This document shows, piece by piece, positions 11,000-23,512 of a stretch of 64,000 nucleotides of DNA. This DNA is from Bigelowiella natans CCMP2755 (lineage: Eukaryota; Protista; Cercozoa). The position numbers and the translations under genes were made by a program. The stretch's first letter is position 1. Every line of letters starts with the position of its first letter. The stretch covers positions 186,001-250,000 of the forward strand of contig ADNK01002290.1 of assembly GCA_000320545.1 (NCBI GenBank), given 5' to 3'. The notes beneath the pieces were generated by a model that worked only from the letters and a program-made list of their open reading frames with translations, was not told the origin of the DNA and did no database searches.

Positions 11000-13735
11000 T
11001 GGCACGGCAGACGTGGTGGTGCAACGCTGAAACGATCCAACGTGGGGAGCCTGGAGAATCGAACCTTGCATGATGAGAACGATGACTAGATCAATTTGCC
11101 AATGCACCGCACAAGCGCAGCACAAGTCATCCAGATCGCACGTGCGTGCACATGCAGCATGGCTCCGATCTGGTGGTGGTCCAACTAGATGAACTGAGTG
11201 GAGCGAGCGAGCACGTGCACGTTTGCACGCACTGTGGACACAACGTGACAAACGTGGTGCCACACTGGCAAAGTGCATGCATGCCAGCATGCGTGCGCGC
11301 ATCACACGCACAGCCACGTGCACAGTGCCAGCGTGCGTGCCTGTCATGCTGTTTGTTTGTGCACGCTGACTTGTGTGGTGTGCATGCAGCAATGTGTGCA
11401 GCAGTGTGCACGGTGGAACGTTTGCAGGTCTGGACTTGGGGAGCTGTCAACAGTTCCGCGACTGATGTGTCGTTCATCATCCGTCACGTGTTCATTCATG
11501 GAAGGCGATCGAGGCCGCTTTCGTCTCTTCCCAGATGCGTGTTTGCCAACGCAACCGCACCTGCAACAGGGCAACACAACACACAAAAGATGAGTGCATC
11601 ATTGATGACTTTGACTTGTGAATTGTGTTGTCGGCATCCAAACAGCTCATCAGCATGCACGTTGCTTTGAGCAAACGCCCTGCACTCCAAGCACGGGAGA
11701 GGTCGAGAATGCAGAAATCAAGAGCAGATTTCATGCTCCTTCTCTTTCACTCTTTCACTTTGATGACAGGTTTCGTGATCATCATTGCACTCATGACTCT
11801 GTGCAGGCAAGCTCCACAAAAATGCATGCAGGTGAGTGCCATGGAAACAGTTGCTGCTGTTTGCTTGCAAACACTCTTTGCTGACGTGTTTCATGCATCG
11901 AAACTCCAATTCGCCTCCGGAGACAGGGTTTCGCAAATCCACATCCTGCAGAAAAGTCAGGGTTCAGTTTTCTCAATTGTTCATGACAAATCGCGCACCT
12001 TCTCGTCCGAGTCTTTGAGTTCTGCTTGGGCAATTTTCACCCCACTTGGTGTCTCGGAACACAAGTTGCACATCCAACGTGTGATGATTGAGTGCAGCAG
12101 AGCAACTTGCACACACACCGTCCCGGCACAAACTTGACCCATCCATTGCAGACTGCAGACAACACGATGCAATGCCAACTCCCCCCCCCCTCCCTCCCCC
12201 TTTTCCAGCACGTGCAAGCTCCAGAAGCTGTTTGCCAACCGCCCTGGGGGCTGGGACGTCGATGGAACCGTTGGCCTGAGGAAAAAACACGAGGGGTCAG
12301 GCGTGATGGTCAGCAGTGCGTTGCGAAGTGAAAAAACGGGGTTTGGGTGGGATTTTCCACCCGCGAAGCTTGCACACTCAAACAGCATTCGCACCAAACT
12401 TGGAAAAAAGAAATTGAAAGCAAGTCCGTGTTTGGAGTGTCTGAAGTGCGGGAAAAGCAAAGGTGGTCATTGGAATTTCAAGGTGCAGGGAACAAACGGA
12501 GGACTTCGTGCATGCTTGGGAGGAGCACCATCCCGAGGATTGGAACACCTCATTGGAAGTGGACCGCGCGTTCATCAGGGCACTCACGTTGCGAACCTGA
12601 TGCGTTGAGGGCGGAAGCTCCGTGGATGGGACAAGTGCACCGCGGCAAGCAAAACGTTCCACGGGACTCTCTGATGTCGGCAGAATGCACAAACGAAGAT
12701 GAGGCCATGATGAAAGTTGGCCAAACGCAGTCATTTGAACTCACTGAAGGTGATGCCCCCCCACGGTGTGCACCTGGTGCCCCAAAACTCGACCAGCAAA
12801 AAAAAAGAGGAGGCGAATTGGTGTTCAAGGAAGGAAAAGATGGGAAAAAAATGCCTGTCATGGAGAAGGAGGGCTGGCTAGGAAAGGCTGAAGGGAGAAA
12901 ACAAACTTCACGGGAAAGGGGACTGTGGAAAGAAGGCACGACAGCAGACGGAAGATCATCGAAGTGGGCAGGCGAGCGTGAAGACACGAGTGCTGCAAAA
13001 ACGCTCGCAAAGTGCAGAGACTTTGCGAGTGAAGAATCAGCATTGAAAAAATTCTTTGAAGAACACGGACATGCATTGGTCATGAGTCCGAAGGGCCACT
13101 CTGAAGTGGCTGGATCAGGAACAGAACGTTCCTGGGGAAAGACCAAACGTGACCGGCGGAGGATGCCCATTGAGCAACGCACAAGTTCTCGCTTCTGCCA
13201 GGACTTGAACAAGCTGTTCCACAAGAACTCCCCACCTTTGGAGAGAACGTGGAAGTGTGCACGTGAGGCAAGAGACTGTCGCCGCACGTGTCAAAAACTG
13301 GCAGAAGAGAAACCTTTGGAAAAGAGTGAATTGCACGAAATGGAAAGGATGATGGCCGAACAAAAATGCCATCGGTCTGTCCTGAGTTCCCACGTGTCAC
13401 ACTTGCGAAATGCACAAATTGACAACGTGACGTGACGTGTGAAAACACGTGCACATGGCACAGCACTTGTGTCCTCTTGTGTCGCCAAAAATCCTCTTGA
13501 GCGTGCTTGGATGGTCGAACTCACGCCCCAAAAAAACAAATGGAATGGCCTGCCAATCGCACCCACCTGCTTCGTGGCATCCCCTCTTCAAGCTCCGCCC
13601 TGATGTGGGCTCTGCGATGGATGATGCCGCCCAACGATGCGTCACACACACACGAAAGGACGAAGTTTGAGTCCATTTTCAAAAATCCCCTGCAATCGAT
13701 GCGTTTTTTTTTTTTTTGAAGTTGGGATTTTTTTG
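11000..13735. other. TpA-depleted domain 2
   Basis: ~2.7 kb with only 3 TA found by eye (~11086, ~11185, 12878), all in CTAG. Confidence 0.9.
12200..13435 (+). mobile_element. Degenerate DDE transposase relic (IS630/Tc1-mariner-like superfamily), frameshifted and hypermutated
   Basis: Motifs in order: WDVDGTVGLRKKHEGSGVMVS, GFGW, K(C)G...GG(H)W, SSGH...DAL, GKQ..RDS, KVGQTQSF, EGWLGKAEG..Q..ERGLW, LAKCRDFASEESAL, SPKGHSEVAGSG(T)E(R)SWG (cf. PKxHxExAGxGIEYSWG around the catalytic Glu), ARD(C)RRT(C), K(C)HRS. Frameshift near 12480-12570. Termini not found. Confidence 0.8.
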
Positions 13736-14307
13736 CTACATGCAAACATTTAGTGCAAATGGAACACAAATGTCATGTGTTTGTGTCTTCGTCAAGTTGA
13801 CATGACGTGAATTTGCAGGGTGCGACTTGCAATCAAATGCTTTCTTTCTCGGCTATTCATTTGCTTTTTGGTGTGTCGCTGTTTGACAACTTTTCGATCG
13901 AACCACCCTACAGGTAGTAGGACATTAGGTCAATACCCTAGTCATCTAAATACAGTGTTCACAATCACGTTGTCGCCACATGAAAGTGAAGTCATCATTA
14001 GCACAGATCGGGTTGTGAATTTTATCGTGCGACAATAACAAATGGGTGAAATCGCCAGTATGAAATCCCAGAGTCGGAACGTAGGAAAGAGACAGCTCCG
14101 AAAGGCAATGTATTTACAGATGCAGATCACGATTGCGTTTTGTGTTGTTTGCGGGGATGTGAGTAGCGTGCGCATGCAGCGATAGCAACAACTGATTTGA
14201 TTAGACTAATATACTCACATGTTCAATCATATTGAGACTGCGGTTTGTTGTTCCATACTGTGCGTAGACACACAAAGCCCGTTGAGGACAACATAACTTA
14301 GCTCACG

Positions 14308-16138
14308 ATGAAATTCGGAAAGAAGCTGTGTAAGTACATGCAGTTGAATGAGGACTCCGCAAACATGCTAATAAACTACAAGTCCCTGAAGAAAGCCATA
14401 AAAGAGATGCAGGCGGGGGACAAATCCGAGACTGATCGTGAGGAGAAGGAAATATATTTCGGCCACCTGCTGCTCAGTGAGATCAAGAGAGTCGACGCAA
14501 ACTTTCATCAGACAATTTCTTCACTGGCTCAAAAGAAATCGGCAATAAACCCTCCATCAGACGAAGGCAAAGATGTGTCCTCGGATGACGAACAGCTTGA
14601 TCAGAGTGCAAAACAGCTAACGAACTACGCGCACCTCAACACTGAAGCCGTTCGTAAAATAGTAAAAAAGTTCAAGAAGAAAGTCCTGGAGGAACCGTCA
14701 CCAAGGATCGAAGCGAAGCTCAGCAATAACGTATTGGCCCCTGATATGAAGCTGTCCAGCCCTGGCAGCCCATCCGCGTTGGATCGAATAATCAATCGCG
14801 CGCGTGAAAGGTCCTATTTCTCAAAAGCAGCATCAACAATACGATATAGACCCAGGATCGATAGAGAGGCGAGCACAGCGTTGTTGCCCGCACAGTCGAC
14901 AGTAGATAAAAATGGGGGATTCACTGGGGGACAAACAGTATCCATTCGGCCGTCAGCTTTGGCATATACAAAGGTTGGGATTAGCTTCTCGCTGTTGATG
15001 GTTATGATTTACCAGTTAAGTATTGACCTGGGTGTCAATGGAGAATATGACTCACTCGGCCAAATTGAGAGCTATGCGGTATTTCGCTCGCTCGGCCTGT
15101 TATGTCTCTTGGGCTTTTTTTGGACGATTACTCGCATCATCTGGAAGCTCTCAAGAGTTGGTATATTACTTCACTTTGGTATAATATGATCTGTTCTTCG
15201 CTGACGTTCTCCGTACTCATTCTTGTTCAGATGAAGAGGAGATCATAGTGTGCGCATGGACTGAGACTCCTGCGCACACAATTGAGTGGTGGCTCAGCAT
15301 GTTCATCACCTTCGCTTTGACGTTTGTGTTGTATCTGTCTGCCTCCCACTGGTCCGTTGGCAACAAGCACTTGCACATCTTTCCTCTCGTTCTATTATTG
15401 CTGTTCTCCATCGTCGGACTCTCGCCTTATCGGAGATTCAGGTTCTATAATATGGCAGGATTGAGCATATTTGAATGTGGTCTCATGCTGCCCGGATTCC
15501 ATGCAAACCCTTTCAGGAACACGCTAGGCTACCTTCAAAGAGTATTCCTATCTCCATTTAGGTCGTATTCAAGTATCACATTTGTTGCTATGGGTGCATG
15601 GCCAAAATTGTACTCTGAACATATATGGTGAAAGTCTCTATGATCTTTGTGGGATGATGTTCTCTCTTAACGCTCGAATATGATTCTTCTCTTGTGGTCA
15701 CAGCGAACCTTCGTTTACAGCGGTCCTCGTGGCCGATGTCATGACCAGCCTTTCACCAATATTCGCGGATCTTGTTTTCACTTCGTGTTACTACGGGAGT
15801 AGCATGTTCCAGCTAAATTTTCCTTCATCTCGAAGGAATATCTGTTGGCGCTCCAGATTTGGGATAAGAGGTGTAGTTATGGTGATTCCCTTGTGGCTTC
15901 GATTGGCTCAATGTTTCAGGGGCTACTACGATGCAGGAGAGATAAAAAGCCTCCTGAATGCTGGTAAGAGGCGTTGTTAGGGGCACAAGATCATCACTAT
16001 GCTCATCTCTCATAACGATTCAGGCAAATACTCCTCGTCCATCCTGGTGGTTGCACTAGGGGCTTTCCTAGACAAGGAAAAGTCAGCCCCTATTCGGATC
16101 ACGGCTGCTATATTTAAGTGCGTGTGCTTGTCTATCGC

Positions 16139-16182
<44 letters not shown>

Positions 16183-16821
16183 CTCTCTCTCTCTAGGACG
16201 ACATGCCATTCATTTAGTTTTGTGCGGTGTCATCAGTACCATGTTCGTCACATATTGGGACTCCGTAAGGGATTGGGGGTTATGCTCGTGCCAGCACCGG
16301 ATGCTAAGACAGAGGCTCAAATTCCCGCAATGGGTATACAAGCAAATACTTGTTGATACCGTGAATGGAGAGCTTCAATTGCTATGCGTCAGGTGTATTA
16401 CTTCGCGCTTTGTACGAATCCTGTTCTCCGGTTGCTCTGGACTCTAGTTCTCGTCAACTTTCGATTCGAAGAGGATAGCGATTTTTCGCAGGTAGAACTA
16501 TGCACCGATCCGCCCATTCGTTTCCACATGGGGTTTCAGACTTGACAGAGGGGGGGAGCTCTTTATGACTATTTTGCTGTCCCAGGCTTTCTATCTGCCA
16601 ATTCTAGCAGCCTTTGAAATTTATCGGCGTTCACAATGGTAAGGAACTGTATTCTTTGTGAAAGCACGTTATTGGAGATCTCTCATGATAGTGTGTTTCA
16701 TTCCAGGATGGTGTTGCGCGTCGAGTGGGAAAATGCCAAAAGGGAGATAAGCTCACAAGATCAAAACAATAATGCTTTACAGAATTCTTTCGTGGAGTCG
16801 ACAGAGATGTGCAGATTGTGA
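14308..16821 (+). CDS. SPX-EXS domain phosphate exporter (PHO1/XPR1/SYG1 family), multi-exon
   Basis: SPX start MKFGK..., NYKSLKKAIK, and lysine cluster LNTEAVRKIVKKFKK. EXS motifs ADVMTSL, RLAQCFRGY, NAGKYSS, YWDSVRDWGL, YYFALCTNPVLRLLW, EIYRRSQW-MVLRVEWE join across GT-AG introns. Stop at 16821. Confidence 0.92.
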
Positions 16822-17335
16822 AAAAAATCATATACATGTGCCGTCGCACACATAATGCCAAAACATATCAACAAACACTTGTAAACTTAACGTCTGCCTT
16901 GATTGAATTTCATTGTCATTTGCATTGCATTGTTGCAATCTAGCAATCATAACAGCCACATGCTAGCATGGCCGGACGTCTCTAGATTTTGCCAATCATT
17001 TGTTTGCCGCACGCAACGCGTTGCGCTCATGCATTCTTCATCTCTTAGTCATTCATTCAGGCATTCAGTTGCATTGTCTGACAGCATGCAGATGATGCAG
17101 CCTAGCTTGGCATGAATCTGAGGCCGTGCGCGGGTTGTTGCTTCACTGCAGTAGGCAGAAGAGCTGTGACTTGGGGCATTGACAAGTTTGTTGCCACGCC
17201 GTGTTTCAATGGTTTTTCAAAGAATCAAACGACAAATCCATTGAACAAAAAAAAACGCAAAAAAGAGCTTGAACAACAAACACTTAACGATCACCATGTG
17301 AACGAACGCTTCGGCGTGAAAAGTGTGTGTTGCTA

Positions 17336-18317
17336 GTGTTGTTGTGTGTGCAGTGTGTGCGTTTCCAAGCAAAAAGTGTGGCGCGCAGCGCCCTGTCTCC
17401 AGCCTCCAGCCTCACACACACAGCGTGCGCAGCCCGCAACTTTTTCAGGGGCCATTGCAACCTCTGTGCGCAGTTGAACAGGGGTCATTGATGAGCTCTG
17501 TTGCGCATTGACGGAGGCCAGTGGAGCGCGAACAGAGGTCACCGTGGCCCATCCTCCGTTTGCCAAGCGGTGTGCCAAGGACATTCGACCCTGGAGTCTT
17601 TGTGTGCAAAGGAGAAACCGGCATCTGCATCATCAGATCATGGATCGACGACCTCATTGTTGTTTGCGACAACCCCAAGTTGCGAGAGAGACTTGTCTCT
17701 GCTCTCAATGCCAAGTTCGGCGCAAAGGATCTGGGTGGACGAACCAAGCTTGGTGTTCAGGGATGCAAGTTCGAAAGACAAAGAAGGTGATTGTTGCTTG
17801 TTGAACCAACAACCGCTCATCGAGCGTTTGGTCAATGACTTTGTGGAAGACGGTGAGAAGCACTGTTCACTGCCAATGGATCCTCGGATGAAACTGTGTT
17901 CTGCAGGACATGCCAGCATGGGGACATTGCGCGCGCGCGTGTGTGTGTGTGTGTCATGTGACACGTGTGCCACGCTGAAAGACATGGATCATCTCCTTCC
18001 ATGCAAGAAGTGTGAACATCAACAGCTCAGATCAAAAAACCAATTGACGGCCATGATGAATCGCAATGCGACGAAACGAAGCGTCTGACAATGACAGAAC
18101 ACGAGAAAAAAGGGCTCGCATCGCTGCACGCACTGCGCGCACCGCCCGACGACATCGACGACATCGACGGCAGGACAGCAATGCTTTCAAATGCATGCAA
18201 CGTCTGATGCAAGAAACAAATGGACTTGACCCAAGCGCCATGGCTGCTGCTCCGCACAGCTCCATTGGGATGACCATTGAAAATTTTTGATCATTTCATT
18301 GCACCCGTCTTGCACAT
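17336..18317. other. TpA-depleted domain 3 (core; partially depleted flanks ~16900-18650)
   Basis: No TA found in ~980 bp. Flanking survivors are mostly CTAG/TAG. Confidence 0.9.
17521..17900 (+). mobile_element. Ty1/copia reverse-transcriptase relic
   Basis: DPGVFV...IIRSWIDDLIVV...LNAKFGAKDLG, then after a frameshift LLNQQPLIERLVNDF...SLPMDPRMKL. This matches the copia RT order DPC-YVDD-KF..KDLG-SQ..YI-TPM. Confidence 0.8.
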
Positions 18318-18661
18318 CTAGGCATGCTAGCATGTGCAGATTTGTGTGTGTGTGTGTGTGTGTGCACATGCATGTGCATAATGGACATCACATTGCTGTT
18401 GCTGTGTCCATTGTCCTGTGTGACATGGGACATGCGAACACGGCCATAGACGGTGGCGCCTTGCCCAGTTATTAGAGCACATTGACGATGCATGACAATG
18501 GACATGCATGCACATGATGTGCACTGTGTCCATGGTGCGAGGCAACATGTGATGCTCTAGATGCTGTGATTTCACCCCATGAATTCATTTCACACAAGGA
18601 GCCAAGGAAAGCCTAATCCATGCTGGCCACATCTAGATGTTTGGGCGATTATCAACTGCAT

Positions 18662-21600
18662 TTAGATGCGCTTGAATGACAGCACAGCTAGAAATCCACA
18701 TTGTAATGGCCTGAGGGGATGAAGCATTCTCCTAGCATGAGGGTTTAGAAACTTAGTCAGTTTGAATCCTGCTATGGGGTCTACTTTGGATCTTTGACAG
18801 ATGAATCCCAAACTATCACCAGCTTTAGCACAATGTATAGAGAATGAAACTGTGCGCAAAGAGTTGTGACAAATTTTGCATTCACCTGGTTCAAGAATTG
18901 GCCAATCAAAATCGTAGTCAATGGGAGTTAGAATGCTTTCTAAACTTCGGTCGTCATCTTCGCAGTATCTAATGTTGGCAAGATCCTCATCTCTATCAAG
19001 AGCAGCAGCCCCGAATAAAAATTCGCGGATTGTTTTGGCTTTCAACAGCAAAACTTTCTTCTGGATAAATTTTTGGAAACTTTCTGTCATCTTGCATTTG
19101 CAGGACACCGAAGCAATTAGAATTTCAGAGAGCTTTAAAAAGGTTTGTCCAGGAGTGTCGGAATCATCAAGCTCGTGTTGCACATGCGGAAGAATCTTGG
19201 TGAGGTTCTAGATTAGACAGGATTTTCCATTCGATGTTGTAATCAGTGTAAATATGCAATGTATGTGAATAAGGATCAAGTCAGAAATCTTCTAAATTTT
19301 TTGTAAACCTTGCCACATTCTGCCTTCATCATAGAAGAAACCTCTTCGATGAGCACCTGGAATGCATGATCGCCATAAATCATTGGCGATACTGAAATAT
19401 GAGAATCCAAAATGAGTGCTTTAGTGGAGCGAATCTCGTTCGTTGACCCTCCATCATCTTTCAACTTCGGCGAGAAGCTAACATACGCAGCAATCTGAAA
19501 CAACAATCTAAGTGAGGTAAAGGAAGTATTCTTTGAAATATGTATAATTAGGCATAGGTACAACTATTTTAGTACATCAACCCTAATGAAGCTCTCAAAT
19601 CTATATTTAAGATCTTTTATCCAATGATCAATTCCATGTTGAAGCCGATCGACCTCACTAGAGTCAAATTCACTTTCAGAATCATATTCATCGCTACTTC
19701 CGTAGATATATTGATCATCCAGGACGCACTGTACCCATTGCGCGGCAACTTCATCGTCATCTATATTTTCAGGAACATCATTTAAAAACCCTAAAATCTC
19801 ACATCGATTGCGGACTTCTTTACAAATTTTTTTCCCGAGAATTTGAAGAATATGCTTAGCCACTTTAAAAACTAAAGGCAAGTATTCCTTGTTCCCACAG
19901 CATATAAGGTAATAACAAAGACTTTCAATGCCATATGAATGAGTTCCAACATCCAAGTGTGATCCTTTCTCTCTGTACGACCTCAAAGTGACGTGGAGCA
20001 TGTGCTTCGCAAACTTCACATCATTTTTGTCGATGACAATTTTAGCAAGAAGTTCCCAGGTTTTTGACGGTCGCATATATGAAGAGAACACAGAGCTGCT
20101 TAATTCCATCCTAGATGCTTGTTGTCCCCTTTCTAAGAGCCAACCCTTTAGTTGGGATTCGATAGATTGCTTATCATCATTTGTGCAACAAAATCGAAGG
20201 GCCTGTGTTGGAAAGAAACATGCCGACGTAAATTTGCAGGGAAATATAGTTCTTGTTTTTGCATCAATGCCCAGTCCAATGTTTAATGTTCAAAGTATCG
20301 ATTACTTTCTCATAAAGAAACACGGTGGGAGCCCGCATGAAACGAGCTACAATCTTAGTGCAAAAGATATGCTTCAAGTCTGAAGAAAGTACGCTGCCGT
20401 TGTCCGTTCTTATAGCGTTGAATCCTTTCCCGTCGAAATCTATCTGCTTATATCATCTTTATCAATATGACTAATAGACTGAGCAGTATGATGTAATCTT
20501 TACCTTCTCAGCCAAAGATACCCAATTAGACAGTTTCTCGGGGGAGAGTACGATCTCAGCAAGGTTGAGTATCAATATCCAGCTACTCCAAACCTCGAGA
20601 GATGAAGTGAGAAGCAGTGAGAAAAATGGGAAGGAAGGAAAAACAACTACGGAAAAATCAATTATTGCTTCTCTAACTGAGGGCACACACATGAGGGTAT
20701 CATACTTGTTGCCAAATTGGATTCCGTTTGCAGCCATCGAAACTAAAATTTGGATCATGATAGTTTATAATCCATTGCTTGGAGTGCCCTAACGAAGTAA
20801 ATTACAGGGTATTAAAATGAAATAGACGACTCTCAATTGTGGATTTGGCTTGTTTTAACAAGAATCTAAAGATCTAAAGATTAGCACCGTTTAGGACACT
20901 TAGTTCGTTGTGCAATGTTTCCATAACAAAGAGATGATACTCGACCATATTTTCATCTAGAATGAGGTAGAATCATTTATTGCAAAGGTAGATGCGTTTT
21001 CCTCGCAATTATTAGTTAATCATATAAGCGTACGAAACCTCGGTCATCTTTCCTTGTTTGCTCTTCACAGAAAATTTTAATGTGCTCCAAAAGTTTAAGT
21101 ATTTCGTCGCATAGATTGAACATAATCTGATGTTCCATCTTGGGGTTCATTTTGAGATTCTTTTGTAGACTGAGATGAATTAAATTTCAGCCCCAAGTTT
21201 CGACGCAACATTTGTTCTAAATGTAAGAATGTGTACCGTATAAATAACTCCGTGACGATACTTTTTAGGTTCTGATCGGATTGTTTCCTGTACACAATTT
21301 TCCTTATCCTTTTTCGATTCCCTTCTTTCTTGAGAATTGAAAGATTTAAAGGTATTTCGTTATCCCCTTGATCTAAATTCTCATTACGTCTGGCTTTAGC
21401 GGCTTGAGCATATGCTCTTGTGTTTGTGTGACAACAAAATGAATGAGAGAAAGCCCAGCAGATTGTATACAAGAGAAATGAAAGGAAAAAGGAGGATTTT
21501 CTCCAAATGACAAATGACATCAAGACATGAAGAGCTGCATGTAGATGCAGTAGATACTTGTTACCCACAGAGTGGTGTCACGTATGTAAAAGGATCATGA

Positions 21601-22600
21601 AATCATGAAATGAACACATATAAAATGGAAATGAAAACATTCACGAAACAACTAAAGGAAAGATGTAGAAGCCAAAAGCAAGGACATGGATGTAGATAAC
21701 CTCGCAGCTTCTTCGGCTACCGCAAAATAACCCAGGTAGTAACTGTGATTTCGCAATTTATCATTCTTCATTGAAAGTGTCAAAACAAAGTAGACCAAAA
21801 TTCACATGAATACATCCATTGAATAGCTCAAAAAATTCTATTTGACATTTAACATTTGTTAAATAGACCTTTTTCCTTTGATCACGATTTTAGCTCCGAA
21901 TTTTCTATATTGTTTTTTGTAATAAACACCGAGGTACTAGATGTCAACAAATTCCATGTCAGAATGATCAGAAACAACATCAACACAACGAACAGATGTA
22001 CGATGTACACGCTGGAACCTTAGCTGCAAGAGCTCTTTCTTCCTCAATGTTCATCACATTTTCCTTAGGTTTCATTTTTTCCATTAGATGCTTTGGCTGG
22101 GGCATTGATTGATTTGGAGTTTGAATGGGAATTGTAGTAGATTCCATGACACCAACAACGAGTGTTCGCGTTGACAAAAACGGTGGCAAAAGTGTCTGAA
22201 TTTTGTTGTTTTTCCTTGTCGTAACTGCCATTCAGGACGTGTCAATTTTTCGAGAAGAAACGTCTTCGCGGGGATTCACATCAATCAATCAATCGTTCCA
22301 TCTTTGGAATTTCTTGCAGTGCACGTCAGTTGGTGCCAGTTCAAGCTCCCACTTCATTCATTCATTGAAGCATCCTCGCATTGCGGTGTCTGTGGATGGA
22401 CACTTGCGAATTGTGCCTCGCATCCATTGGTTGGTGAGATGCCATCAAGTGAAGGCGGGCATCGGAGAATTGATCTCACTCTTCCTGTTCAGACCACCTT
22501 CTCCATTGGATGGGTGAGGAGCGAAGATCTCGATCTCAGTTGCTCACTTTTTGCACGACGTTCGTTTTGGTTTGTGAATTTGAATCGCTCATTTTTGGTT
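18662..22600 (-). CDS. Multi-exon gene of unknown function, possibly 5'-damaged or pseudogenising
   Basis: Successive minus-strand ORF blocks 21980-22231, 21095-21420, 20471-20758, 19564-20190, 19276-19500 and 18662-19200 (C-terminal CKIC..HC..C). The putative 5' exons at 22230-22600 lie inside TpA-depleted domain 4 and contain stops. Confidence 0.45.
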
Positions 22601-23220
22601 GTCGCACGCCCAAGATGAACAAGATCCACGCATGCACTGGTTTTTTGTCGTCACGGCCGGCAACTGAATTGTGTCCATTTTCACCCTTTTGTTCAGATGT
22701 TGCGGCTGGTGCGAGCATCCTCATCCGGCAAACGCGGGCTCAATGGCGGCTCCATCAAAGACGTTCTTCGCGCCGTGAACGACGAGGTAGTGGAACCGTT
22801 GGGTGTTGGGCAAGAAACACAGAATGTGTTGCAGGGCAGGCGCAGTGGCGCACCAGTCCAAGGAAGGAAGGCCTACTTCGAGGTGATCGGCCTCGACAGG
22901 ACAAGAACGTGCAAGGCCAGATTGCAATGATTGCATCGGAGAAAGATCTGATGAATGAGAGAATTGACTGGCTTTTCTGTTCCAGGACCAATGTTTCGAC
23001 TCGTGCGAATGATCATCAGAGGCTGTGAAAGAAAAAGCAGCTTCAATGTGGTGCGGGTCACATGGCCATCCATTTGTCCATTCAAACTGCTGCGCGCACG
23101 TCACAGCTGAATGACCACCGCTGTGTTGTGTGCGTGCTGAACACCTGCACCACAGCTTGCTAGCTTGACAGCTAGACAGCACTGGCTCCAAACCTGCAAT
23201 TTGTGAGAATTTTTGTGCAA
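22224..23220. other. TpA-depleted domain 4 (partial to ~23520)
   Basis: 4 TA in ~1 kb: GTAG 22788, CTAC ~22874, and two CTAG at ~23160-23175. Confidence 0.85.
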
Positions 23221-23512
23221 TTAGCCAGTCCTGCATGCTGCATGGCATGCCTAGATGCGTGCACAGCGCACGCGCGAAACATGTGTAACCGCACAGACAC
23301 AGTGCACATTGTGTGCATTGCACGTGTAATCACTCCTTGCACACTTTGGCACGCTAGCACGACAGTGCCTGCTCCAGTGCTGTGGTTGAAAACACATTGC
23401 ACTCGTGGAAATCTCAGTTGCGCAAATGTGCACAGTGCTGAACTTTTGTTGTTTTGTGCACGTTTTCCAGAACTTGTCGATGCTTCAGTGCATTGAGTTG
23501 TTCGCAGCACAA

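Noticed and set aside
11000-13735. Classical RIP or CpG-methylation decay as the cause of the skew
   Set aside because: Those processes create TpA/TpG and deplete CpA/CpG. Here TpA is lost while CpA and CpG are plentiful.
13681-13912. Possible Tc1/mariner-type termini (CCCCTG-CA at ~13687; TGCAGGGTG ~13814 / CACCCTACA ~13904)
   Set aside because: Matches are only 6-9 bp and no partner left TIR was found for the transposase relic.
22697-22930. RTCKARL resembling copia YKARLVA
   Set aside because: A single short motif with no surrounding RT motifs.
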